Positions 32,312 through 40,697 of a stretch of DNA of 64,000 bases are shown here, one piece after another. The first letter of the stretch is position 1. The number at the start of each line of letters is the position of its first letter. The position numbers and the translations under genes are program-made. The notes under the pieces are model-generated. The model was not told where the DNA came from, did no database searches, and worked only from the letters and a program-made list of their open reading frames with translations. The DNA is from an uncultured Acidobacteriaceae bacterium (lineage in GTDB: Bacteria; Acidobacteriota; Terriglobia; Terriglobales; Acidobacteriaceae), in contig CAVTZD010000001.1 in the NCBI GenBank assembly GCA_963739125.1, positions 4,657,107 through 4,721,106 on the forward strand. Direction: 5' to 3'.

Positions 32312-34834
32312 GTGGCAGCAACCGTCCAACTCGAAGAGACAGTGCAACTGCACGGCGAGCCGAAGCTGCTGGTCGAGTGGCCGTCGCCGTGGCAGGAGTT
32401 TGTCACGTCGTTGCGCCCCGCGCTGGCGCGCTCGGAAGCGCGGCTCGCCGGGGAAGCTCCGTTTGGGCTGGTTCCGTTTCGCATCATGATCCCCTCCTAT
32501 GTGGTGGAGGCGTTTGTGATCTTTGCCGCGATTATTGTTCCGGTAAAGCTGGCGCAATTGCGGCCCTATGCGGTGCCACGTCTGTCGAGCCGCGACGTGA
32601 TTTATTACAGTGGCGACGAACTGCCCCGCACCGAAGACCTTAGCGGCGCCGAGGCGGGAAGCACCGGCAGCGCCGGCGGCGACGAAGCCCACCATCGCAC
32701 GCAGACCATCAAGGTTGCGCGCGGGGGATCGCTGGCGCCGAAAATTGTGGATGCGCCCAACTTGCGACTTCCCGCGACGCGCGACGCGGTGGCGAACCTG
32801 CTGGCGATCAGCCCCAACGCGGGGCCACCGCCGGTCGAAGGCGTGCGCTCAGCGCGCAACGTGCCCAATCTTTCCGCAGTGGTGGCCCCGGCGCCCGACG
32901 TAGTGCGGGACTACACGCGCAACGGCATTGCGCTCAATGCCGTGGTACCGCCGACACCCAACTTCTCGCGCGACCAACCGCTGGTTGCGCCGAGGCTGAA
33001 CGTCGATGTGATTCCGCCCGCGCCGAACGTCGCGCAACATGCCCTGGTGGCTCCGGCGCTGGCACCGAGCGTGATTCCTCCAGCGCCCAGCGTTTCACAG
33101 GAACACCGGCTGACCCTGCCGGCGCTCAATTCCAGCGTGATCGCGCCCGCGCCCAGCCTGACGCACGACCATGGCCGCCCTGTTCCCGCGCTCGCCGCCA
33201 GCGTGATTCCGCCCGCGCCGGGAGGAGTGAGCCGCCAAATTTCCAGTTCGCCGGTGCAGATGGCAAACGTTGCTGTCGTGCCGCCGCCGGCATCCGCGCC
33301 GGAGCGAGTGAGCCAACGCAATTCCAAGCTGACTTTGCCGACGCCGTCGGTCATTGCGCCGCCGCCCTCGACCGACGTTTCGCAGGATATGCGCCGCCTG
33401 GCCAGCGGCAGCGTTCCCGATCCTTCGAAGACGGTGGTGCCTCCGCCGCCGACGCAATCGGGCAGCGGATCGTTTATGAGCAGTTTGATCGGCAAGATTT
33501 TCGGCAGCACGGAGGTTGTGCCGCCTCCGCCCGCGGTGAATGCCAAGAGTGACCGTGGCAGCGGGGCTGAGCTGGCGACTAACGTTGTGCCGCCTCCGCC
33601 TTCGGTAGCGAGCGGCTCTGCCGGAGGCACTCCGCGCGGAGCGCGAAATGGAGCCAGCACATCTCTGGGGACCAACGTCATCGCTCCACCGCCTTCGGCT
33701 GGGATATCGACGATCAACGGCGCGCACACGCTGGCCTCCGCCGCCGCGCCTGGGCTGGGAGCGCCGAGTGTAGTGCCGCCTCCGCCCGCGCTGGCAGGCC
33801 GGGGCGGCGGTACGGGAAAGACCGGTGGGGGCGCGGGAACTCCCAGGGGCACGCTGCTGGCCAACAATGTGGTGCCACCTCCACCGTCGCTGGGCGGAGG
33901 GTCGAATGCCGCCGGATCAGGCCTTGGGCGCAACGGCGCTGGCCTGGCACGGGCGATGGATGCCAACTCAGCCGCTCCGGCTGCGACCACTGGCGGCAGC
34001 GGCAACAATGCCGGCGCGGTCATCTCGAGCCAGCCCGGCGCCAAGGTTGGGCTGCCGTCCGTGGGCGGCACTGGATCGCTTGCGCTGTCGCCGGCCGGCG
34101 GGGAGAAACCCGGCCTTGGTGGGGCCGGTGGAGGAACCAGCATTGGCCGCGGCACGGACTCGGGTAGCGGAATCAAGGGCGCAGGGCCCGGCGCTGGCAT
34201 CAGCAACTCAGGCCGCGGGTCTGACGCGGACACGCACGGAGGAATCTCGCCCGTCCCCGGCCCGGGAGGCGCGGGGAATGCTCCTTCAGTGAATCCGCCG
34301 GTGCGGGGAGTGGACATCAGCGGCGGCAGCACGATTGTTACCCTGCCGAGTTTCGGGTCGGATGCGTCGAATGATCCCGGTGCGACGCCTGGGCACTCCA
34401 TGAGCAAGGAACGGCAGACACTGGGAGTGACCGTGGTTGCCACCGCAACCTCCGGCGGCGCTTTTGAGCCGTACCGGAACCTGCTGCACGGGCAGACCTA
34501 TACTACCTATCTCGATACTTCGCTGGGAACGGTGGTGATGGAGTTTGCCGGCGAGGGCGCGCCCGGCAATCGACCGGGAGGGCTCTCGGCTCCGCAGGGC
34601 ATCCGCACGGACCTACCGGCCGGGCTGCCGCACACCCGCGTGGTGCTGACCTGCACGCTCGATGCTGCGGGCGACCTGAAGAACGTGCGCGTGCGCGAAG
34701 GTCCCATCGATATGACTACGAGAGTGCTGGCCGCCCTGCGGGGATGGAAATTTCAGCCCGCCATGCGCGGCGACCAGCCGGTTGAGGTCACGGCCATCCT
34801 CGGCTTCAACATCAACACCAACGACCGCTTCTAG
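32312..34834 (+). CDS. Giant TonB_C-domain protein: cytoplasmic N-terminus, one TM helix, 14 V-[VI]-[PA]-P-x-P repeats, Gly-rich region, C-terminal TonB-type domain
   Basis: 840-aa ORF from GTG 32312, 22 nt after the DUF192 gene. The TM helix is MIPSYVVEAFVIFAAIIVPV. The repeats span about 32876-33887. The C-terminus (LTCTLDAAGDLKNVRVREGP...ALRGWKFQPAMRGDQPVEVTAILGFNI) is TonB_C-like. Confidence 0.85.
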   Translation: MAATVQLEETVQLHGEPKLLVEWPSPWQEFVTSLRPALARSEARLAGEAPFGLVPFRIMIPSYVVEAFVIFAAIIVPVKLAQLRPYAVPRLSSRDVIYYSGDELPRTEDLSGAEAGSTGSAGGDEAHHRTQTIKVARGGSLAPKIVDAPNLRLPATRDAVANLLAISPNAGPPPVEGVRSARNVPNLSAVVAPAPDVVRDYTRNGIALNAVVPPTPNFSRDQPLVAPRLNVDVIPPAPNVAQHALVAPALAPSVIPPAPSVSQEHRLTLPALNSSVIAPAPSLTHDHGRPVPALAASVIPPAPGGVSRQISSSPVQMANVAVVPPPASAPERVSQRNSKLTLPTPSVIAPPPSTDVSQDMRRLASGSVPDPSKTVVPPPPTQSGSGSFMSSLIGKIFGSTEVVPPPPAVNAKSDRGSGAELATNVVPPPPSVASGSAGGTPRGARNGASTSLGTNVIAPPPSAGISTINGAHTLASAAAPGLGAPSVVPPPPALAGRGGGTGKTGGGAGTPRGTLLANNVVPPPPSLGGGSNAAGSGLGRNGAGLARAMDANSAAPAATTGGSGNNAGAVISSQPGAKVGLPSVGGTGSLALSPAGGEKPGLGGAGGGTSIGRGTDSGSGIKGAGPGAGISNSGRGSDADTHGGISPVPGPGGAGNAPSVNPPVRGVDISGGSTIVTLPSFGSDASNDPGATPGHSMSKERQTLGVTVVATATSGGAFEPYRNLLHGQTYTTYLDTSLGTVVMEFAGEGAPGNRPGGLSAPQGIRTDLPAGLPHTRVVLTCTLDAAGDLKNVRVREGPIDMTTRVLAALRGWKFQPAMRGDQPVEVTAILGFNINTNDRF

Positions 34835-34876
34835 CCACCGAGGCTCGATATAAGTGCGCCATTACCCGCGCTCTCT

Positions 34877-34903
34877 GCGAGGAGCGGGGACGCCGCTCCT
34901 CGC
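34877..34903 (+). terminator. Strong hairpin after the giant TonB_C gene (no U-tract)
   Basis: The 11-bp stem is GCGAGGAGCGG-ggacg-CCGCTCCTCGC. It lies 43 nt after the stop at 34834. No T-run follows, so terminator function is uncertain. Confidence 0.3.
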
Positions 34904-35030
34904 GGCTGGTTACCGATGGACGTGGAACGTCGTCGGATTCATGCCGACGCGCCCCTCCGCCGATGAATGCTTTGACGGGAACAGCGCGTATCAGGAACCT
35001 ATATCCAGCACGTTCCGGAGGAGCCGAGCA

Positions 35031-35384
35031 ATGAATTTCGATGAAGCGATCGCAGCCCATGGTAACTGGAAACAGAAGCTGGCAGACTATCTTCGCAAAC
35101 CCGATGGCAGCCTGAAGGCTAGCGAGATCTCTGCGGACAATAAATGCACGTTAGGGCAATGGATTCATGGGGAGGGAGCGAAGTACTCCAAGTTATCGGA
35201 GTACAGCGCGCTGAAAACCGATCACGCCCGTTTCCACAAGTCCGCCGCAGAAGTGGTCAGGAAGGCGGACGCCGGGCAGTCCGTCGCGGAAGAGACCGCG
35301 CTGGGGTCGAAGAGTGAATTCGGAACCGCGTCGAGCGCGGTGGTGATGGGCATCATGCACATGAAGAAACACGCGGCCCAGTAG
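35031..35384 (+). CDS. Stand-alone chemoreceptor zinc-binding (CZB) domain protein, copy 1
   Basis: 117 aa from ATG 35031 with GGAGGAG upstream. The CZB pattern is present: AIAAHGNWK...C-T-LGQWI...DHARFH (His, Cys, H-x3-H). Confidence 0.85.
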   Translation: MNFDEAIAAHGNWKQKLADYLRKPDGSLKASEISADNKCTLGQWIHGEGAKYSKLSEYSALKTDHARFHKSAAEVVRKADAGQSVAEETALGSKSEFGTASSAVVMGIMHMKKHAAQ

Positions 35385-35599
35385 CTCAGCTGGCAAAGGC
35401 AAAAGGGCGGAGCAGAAGACGACGACCTAAGGGGAGCGTGTTGAGGTGTTTGCTCTTCGCCTTCGGCTGGGAGGGCGGGCTTATATCAGCATCAGCACCA
35501 ACGTCCGTTCCCGGGCGACTGCTCCTACGTGTGGCTTATGCCCGCTGCGCCGATGTCAGACAAGACACGGGAGAGTCCGTCCCGACGGGGGGCACGGCT

Positions 35600-35980
35600 A
35601 TGGATTTTGACGAGGCCATTGCAATCCACAGCAAGTGGAAGCGCAAACTGCGCCAGTATCTGGCGAAGCATGACGGCAGCCTGGATCCTGCCGAGGTCGG
35701 TCACGACGACCGGTGCACTCTTGGCAAATGGATTTACAGCGAAGGTGCGGCCTACTCAGCCATGCCCGAGTATGTCAAGCTGCGATTTGAACACGCACGG
35801 TTTCACGCCATTGCCGCAGAACTCGTGAGAAAGGCAAACGCCGGACAAGCCATGAGTTCTCACCTTGACCCGTGCGCCGGCAGCGAATTCTCAAAGGCTT
35901 CCTCGGCCATTGTGAGGGCCCTGACGGAGATGAAGAAGCGCGTGTCGGAATCCCGTGCGCGCTCGCGTGCACACGCGTAA
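35600..35980 (+). CDS. Stand-alone chemoreceptor zinc-binding (CZB) domain protein, copy 2
   Basis: 126 aa from ATG 35600. It is a paralog of copy 1, roughly half identical by eye. It has AIAIHSKWK...C-T-LGKWI...EHARFH and a basic C-terminal tail. Confidence 0.85.
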   Translation: MDFDEAIAIHSKWKRKLRQYLAKHDGSLDPAEVGHDDRCTLGKWIYSEGAAYSAMPEYVKLRFEHARFHAIAAELVRKANAGQAMSSHLDPCAGSEFSKASSAIVRALTEMKKRVSESRARSRAHA

Positions 35981-36017
35981 GAATATTGCCGGCCTCCCGT
36001 TGCCGTGCTGGCTTTCT

Positions 36018-37655
36018 CTAGCGCTTTGTGATCCCCTCCTCGAACACGACGGCAACGTCGTCGGCATAGACTTCCTTCCACGGGGGACTCGCGAGAAGAA
36101 TGCTGGTCAAGGCTGCATCCCTTGGCATAATCACGCAGGATGCGGGATGATCGCGGAGAAAATCCTGCCAGACGGGCTCGACCCGCACCATCTTCAAGTA
36201 AGACTTGAAGAATTCCGCGCCGTATAAATCGTGACGATCGTCAACCACCACTTGCGCCTGGGGATACATCCGGTAAATCAGGTAGCCGCCCCAGGAGTCC
36301 GGGCCGAGAACGGGCCCACGCTCGCCTTGCTGCTCGAGATAATCGACCGCCGCGACGGGCATCCGCTTCGGGTCAAAGTGAGCGTCGATCAAGGGCTTTG
36401 ACGAGATGCGACCGCCGTTGGCGACGATGGCGAGCGTGACCACGATGGCTGCGATCGGCCAGAGATGGCCGCGCAGGCTGCACTCGACTGCCGTCATTTT
36501 CTGGGAGAATCGTTTCTCAGAAAACCGGTGGGCGAATGGAATCGCCGACAACGGACCCACCACCATGACCAGCAGCAACGAAGAAACGGGGAGATTGCGC
36601 GAGGCGTAGAGCCCGGCATAAATCGCAAACAGGACGGTGAACAGTCCGCTCAGGCGCAATTCGCGGCCACGCGCAGCAAACACCGCCAGAGCGATCAGCA
36701 CCAGGATGAGGAAACATTTCTGGGCTACGCCGTGAAAGTCGGGCGAGCGGAATTCGTCGATGTGATCCATCAGGAAGCGGTTGGAGAGATAGGCGTAGAC
36801 GTGTGCGTATAGCTTCCATCCGTAGGGGTTGAGCAGGCTGGCCGCCGCGGAGAGAAATCCCACGAGGGTTAAATTCAGCGCTTCCTGGCGAGCTGCGAGC
36901 TTGACCAGCGAGTCTTCGATGCGGCTTGGGCTGGCCGTGAGCCAGGTCCAGAGGGCGCTCAGCCAGAAAATTGCCAGCAGGACAAAGCCCACCAGAAATC
37001 CGCCGTGAACATTCACCCACACCAGCATCAGCGACGGCAGAGCCCACAGAAATCGCCGTGGGGAAGGCGACCATGCCCCGCCCAAACCGCTGAGACTTTC
37101 GCGCTCCGATGCGTCGAGAATCGCGAACCAGGCAAGAGTAAACAGCCAGCTCAGGACATGCGGCCGGGCGAGGAAATGAATCGTCGACGCCGACATTGCC
37201 AACAGTACCAGGACGATGGCAAACAAGATATTGGTTCTGCGCCGCATCAGCAGGCGGAAGCACCAGGCAAACACAGCCGCAATCACCACGGCGGTAAACC
37301 ATACGACACCATTCAACCCCATGCGGGCGTCGAGTTGGCCGACGACAATGTCGTAGAGCCATTCCCAGGCGAACCATTCTTTTGATCTCGGGGAGAATTG
37401 CTTCGCAGAAGATAGTTGGCCGGCCAGGGTTGATGAAAACGGATCGACCCTGGGGATGGCATGCGTGGCGAGAATCTGCTGGCCGGTGCGGATGTGCCAT
37501 CCAATGCCGGCGTCGCCCAGCAGGCGAACCGAGAGCGGCGTAAAGATGAGCACGCCCAGCACCGCGACAAAAAACAGATCTGCCGCGGACGGCATCGCCC
37601 TCAGTACCCACGCCTGGGTTACCGCTTCGGGAGAACTCTTGGAACCTTCTGCCAT
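36018..37655 (-). CDS. Large polytopic membrane protein, possible GT-C-type glycosyltransferase (function uncertain)
   Basis: About 545 aa from ATG 37655 with more than 10 hydrophobic helices. The N-terminal GIGWHIRTGQQILATHAIPRVDPFSST segment resembles uncharacterised GT-C-like membrane proteins. The track ORF extends to 37829 but would then overlap the ndh promoter and start. Confidence 0.6.
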   Translation of the reverse strand: MAEGSKSSPEAVTQAWVLRAMPSAADLFFVAVLGVLIFTPLSVRLLGDAGIGWHIRTGQQILATHAIPRVDPFSSTLAGQLSSAKQFSPRSKEWFAWEWLYDIVVGQLDARMGLNGVVWFTAVVIAAVFAWCFRLLMRRRTNILFAIVLVLLAMSASTIHFLARPHVLSWLFTLAWFAILDASERESLSGLGGAWSPSPRRFLWALPSLMLVWVNVHGGFLVGFVLLAIFWLSALWTWLTASPSRIEDSLVKLAARQEALNLTLVGFLSAAASLLNPYGWKLYAHVYAYLSNRFLMDHIDEFRSPDFHGVAQKCFLILVLIALAVFAARGRELRLSGLFTVLFAIYAGLYASRNLPVSSLLLVMVVGPLSAIPFAHRFSEKRFSQKMTAVECSLRGHLWPIAAIVVTLAIVANGGRISSKPLIDAHFDPKRMPVAAVDYLEQQGERGPVLGPDSWGGYLIYRMYPQAQVVVDDRHDLYGAEFFKSYLKMVRVEPVWQDFLRDHPASCVIMPRDAALTSILLASPPWKEVYADDVAVVFEEGITKR

Positions 37656-37725
37656 CGCGCTGAATCTTATAGACGTTGGGCATGCGACGGCAAGGCAAGG
37701 CGCGGCAGCGCAAGGCGAGAGAAAC

Positions 37726-39162
37726 ATGAGCAACGAAACAACGCCTCGAGTGGTGGTGGTGGGCGCGGGCTTCGGCGGCCTCAACGCAGCGCAGAAGCTG
37801 GCCAAGGGTCCGGTCCAGGTCACGGTCATCGACCGTTCGAATCATCATACGTTTCAGCCGCTTCTCTACCAGGTCGCGACCGCCGGGCTTTCTCCGGGCG
37901 AGATCGCAGCGCCGATCCGCTCGATTCTTCGTTCGCATAAGAACGTGGAAGTCCTGCTGGCGGAAGTCACGGGATTCGATCTCCACCGGCGCATCGTCGA
38001 GACCGCAGAGCAAGGAGTTCCTTACGATTATCTGATCGTCGCCGCCGGAGCGCAGCATTCTTATTTCGGGCACGATGAGTGGGAGGACCTTGCACCCGGC
38101 CTTAAGACGATTGAAGACGCGCTTGAAATCCGGCGCCGCGTGCTGCTGGCTTTTGAACTCGCCGAGCGTCAGGCAGCGTTCGGAGATCCGACGGCGCCGA
38201 TTAATTTTGTGGTGGTCGGAGGTGGGCCGACGGGAGTGGAGCTGGCGGGCGCGCTGGCGGAAATTGCGCACCACGCTCTGACCCACGACTTTCGCTCCAT
38301 CAACCCGGCGCGGACGCATATTTTGTTGATCGAGGGCGGACCGCGGATTCTTCCCGCATATCCGGAGGATCTGTCACGCAGCGCCCAGGAACAACTGCAG
38401 CGGCTGGGAGTGGAGGTTCGCACGTCGACAGTCGTCACGAACGTCGAGCCCGGCGCGGTCGATGTGGGTGAGACACGGCTCGCGGCAACGGTTATATTGT
38501 GGGCGGCCGGGGTGGCCGCGTCAGAGCTCGGCAAGAAGCTGGGCGTTGCTGTCGACCGCGCCGGCCGTGTGCCGGTTGAGCCCGATCTGAGCCTTGCGGC
38601 GCATCCTGAAGTATTCGTGATCGGCGACCTCGCGACGCTGAAGGATGAGCACGGCAAGATGCTGCCCGGAGTGGCACCGGTCGCCATACAGGAGGGCCGC
38701 TTCGTCGCCAAGCTGATTCTCAAGGAAGTTAAAGCAGGCGGAAGAACGCGGCGGGGAGTTCCGTTTCTGGTGGCTTCAGCGGGCAAATCAGCTCAAAACG
38801 TGACGAAGGATACCCCTGCCGGATCCCGCCCGCGATTTCACTACTGGGATAAAGGCAGCCTGGCCACCATCGGGCGAGCCGCGGCGGTGGCAGAATTTGG
38901 AAAGATTCATATCTCCGGCTTTCTGGCGTGGCTGTCCTGGTTGTTCGTGCACATTCTGTTCCTGATCGGGTTCCGCAACCGCATTCTGGTTTTCATTCAA
39001 TGGGCATGGTCTTACGTCACTTATGAAAAAGGAGCGCGGCTGATTACCGGCGGAAATTATTTGCCGGGCTGGATGCCGGCTCCGGCTGCGTCATCCCGGG
39101 CCAATGCCTCCGCGGCTTCTGCGCCGCAGCGGCAAGAAATTCATACCGGCACCGGGAAATAG
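37726..39162 (+). CDS. ndh: Type II NADH dehydrogenase (NDH-2) / FAD-dependent pyridine nucleotide-disulfide oxidoreductase
   Basis: About 478 aa from ATG 37726. The first dinucleotide fold is VVVVGAGFGGL and the second is FVVVGGGPTGVELAG. The track ORF begins 90 codons upstream in what is probably non-coding sequence. Confidence 0.9.
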   Translation: MSNETTPRVVVVGAGFGGLNAAQKLAKGPVQVTVIDRSNHHTFQPLLYQVATAGLSPGEIAAPIRSILRSHKNVEVLLAEVTGFDLHRRIVETAEQGVPYDYLIVAAGAQHSYFGHDEWEDLAPGLKTIEDALEIRRRVLLAFELAERQAAFGDPTAPINFVVVGGGPTGVELAGALAEIAHHALTHDFRSINPARTHILLIEGGPRILPAYPEDLSRSAQEQLQRLGVEVRTSTVVTNVEPGAVDVGETRLAATVILWAAGVAASELGKKLGVAVDRAGRVPVEPDLSLAAHPEVFVIGDLATLKDEHGKMLPGVAPVAIQEGRFVAKLILKEVKAGGRTRRGVPFLVASAGKSAQNVTKDTPAGSRPRFHYWDKGSLATIGRAAAVAEFGKIHISGFLAWLSWLFVHILFLIGFRNRILVFIQWAWSYVTYEKGARLITGGNYLPGWMPAPAASSRANASAASAPQRQEIHTGTGK

Positions 39163-39224
39163 AGCGACAATACATGTGGGATGGGACGGATCGTGCCTGG
39201 TGGGGGCATGTTGATGGTTAGACT

Positions 39225-39250
39225 TGTCATTCAGAGCGAAGCGAAGAATC
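39225..39250 (+). repeat. Family A repeat, left half only
   Basis: The sequence is TGTCATTCAGAGCGAAGCGAAGAATC. It abuts the nfeD start codon. Confidence 0.55.
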
Positions 39251-39251
39251 T

Positions 39252-40607
39252 ATGCATTTTCTTTTCGCACGCATAAAACGACTGGCGACGTACGTGATTC
39301 CTGGGGTCGCGGCGGTTGCGCTATTTTCGTTTACTGCTTCCGCCCAGGTGCTCGAGATCACGATCGACGACACGATCCAGCCGATTACGGCGGAGTATAT
39401 TTCACGCGCTATCGATCAGGCAGGCGCGAGCCACGGAGAGGCGGTGCTGATCGAGTTGAATACTCCAGGCGGGCTGGTCAGCTCGACGCGCGAGATCATC
39501 GACAAGATCACGAAGTCGTCGGTGCCGGTGATCGTCTATGTGACGCCGACCGGGGGACATGCCGGTTCGGCGGGCATTTTTATTCTTGAGTCGGCTGACA
39601 TCGCGGCGATGGCGCCGGGCACCGCCGCCGGAGCGGCACACCCTGTGACGTTTATTGGTCCGGTGCAGGTCAAGCCCGACGATGAGATGAACCGGAAGAT
39701 CGAGAACGACGCGGCGGCGTTGATCCGCTCCGTCACATCGAAGCGCGGGCGCAACGTCGAGGCGGCCGAGAGCGCGGTGCGCGAATCGAAATCATTCACC
39801 GAGCAGGAGGCGCTGGCGCAGCATGTGATCGACTATGTGGCGACGACGCCGGAGGACCTCTTTCGCCAGATGCAGGGAAAGAGCTTCAAGCGTTTCGATG
39901 GCGCGGCGGATTCTCTGAACCTGGTGGGCCAACCTCTCGTCGGCTTCGACATGACGCTGAAGGAGCGCATCCTTGACGCGCTCATGGATCCGAATCTCGC
40001 ATTTCTTCTGCTAGCCATTGGAGCGCTCGCGCTATATATCGAGTTCAACCACCCCGGTGCAGTGATTCCGGGAACGGTCGGCGTGGTGTTCATTCTGCTG
40101 GCGGCGTTCGCGCTCAATTTCCTTCCTACGCGATTTGCCGCTCTGGGCCTGATTGTGGGCGCATTCGTTCTGTTCGCGGCAGAAGCGAAGTTTGCCAGCC
40201 ACGGCGTGCTCACCATTGGCGGCATCGTGCTGCTCACGTTGGGAGGACTGCTGCTGGTCGATTCGCCGATTCCCGAAATGAGCGTGCACCTGCTGACCGC
40301 TCTGGCGGTGAGCGTCCCACTCGGTTTGATTACGGCCTTTCTGATGACCATCGCTCTAAAAGCGCGACGCAACAAAGTGGTGACGGGCGCGCAAGGGTTG
40401 GTGGGGGAAACCGGCGTCGCGCAAACGGCGCTTTCGCCACAGGGGAAAGTATTCGTTCATGGCGAGCTTTGGGATGCGGTCGCTTCGTCGGCGCTGCCGG
40501 TTGGACAGCTCGTGGTTGTGCGGCGGGTGGATGGTTTGATTCTGGCGGTCGATCCGCTGGCGGCGATGCCGACGGAACCTACGACAGCCGCGGCGATTTC
40601 GGGGTAA
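39252..40607 (+). CDS. nfeD: NfeD-family membrane-bound serine protease (ClpP-class N-domain, TM region, C-terminal OB-like domain)
   Basis: 451 aa. It has a signal/anchor, then IELNTPGGLV and GHAGSAGIFI (ClpP-like). Several TM helices follow. The C-terminus reads GKVFVHGELWDAV. Confidence 0.88.
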   Translation: MHFLFARIKRLATYVIPGVAAVALFSFTASAQVLEITIDDTIQPITAEYISRAIDQAGASHGEAVLIELNTPGGLVSSTREIIDKITKSSVPVIVYVTPTGGHAGSAGIFILESADIAAMAPGTAAGAAHPVTFIGPVQVKPDDEMNRKIENDAAALIRSVTSKRGRNVEAAESAVRESKSFTEQEALAQHVIDYVATTPEDLFRQMQGKSFKRFDGAADSLNLVGQPLVGFDMTLKERILDALMDPNLAFLLLAIGALALYIEFNHPGAVIPGTVGVVFILLAAFALNFLPTRFAALGLIVGAFVLFAAEAKFASHGVLTIGGIVLLTLGGLLLVDSPIPEMSVHLLTALAVSVPLGLITAFLMTIALKARRNKVVTGAQGLVGETGVAQTALSPQGKVFVHGELWDAVASSALPVGQLVVVRRVDGLILAVDPLAAMPTEPTTAAAISG

Positions 40608-40634
40608 ATTGCGGCTCGACGGACATCAGCGCTC

Positions 40635-40697
40635 GGGGGCTAAAGCCCCCATTGATTTCGAATGGCTTACGCGGCGCTGAAGCGCCGCTCTTCCACG
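40635..40697 (+). repeat. Composite REP: GGGGGCTAAAGCCCCC hairpin plus family B core
   Basis: It lies 28 nt after the nfeD stop. The first hairpin is followed by ATTGATTT, so it could also act as a terminator. Confidence 0.75.

Noticed and set aside
32911-34443. 510-aa ORF antisense to the giant TonB_C gene.
   Set aside because: It mirrors the Pro/Gly-rich repeats (CCN/GGN read in reverse as Gly/Pro). It has no start context or domain. The sense ORF has a TM helix and a recognisable C-terminal domain, and it fits the operon spacing.
35382-35393. TAGCTCAGCTGG, which resembles a tRNA D-arm, just after the first CZB gene.
   Set aside because: There is no complementary GAGC to close a D-stem. 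No acceptor stem, anticodon arm or T-loop (GTTCRANNC) could be drawn in the surrounding 90 nt.
36517-38319. 600-aa ORF that spans the divergent membrane-protein/ndh junction on the minus strand.
   Set aside because: It runs antisense through the ndh N-terminus, which has a clear GxGxxG fold on the plus strand. It is also out of frame with the membrane-protein gene and has Arg-rich composition.
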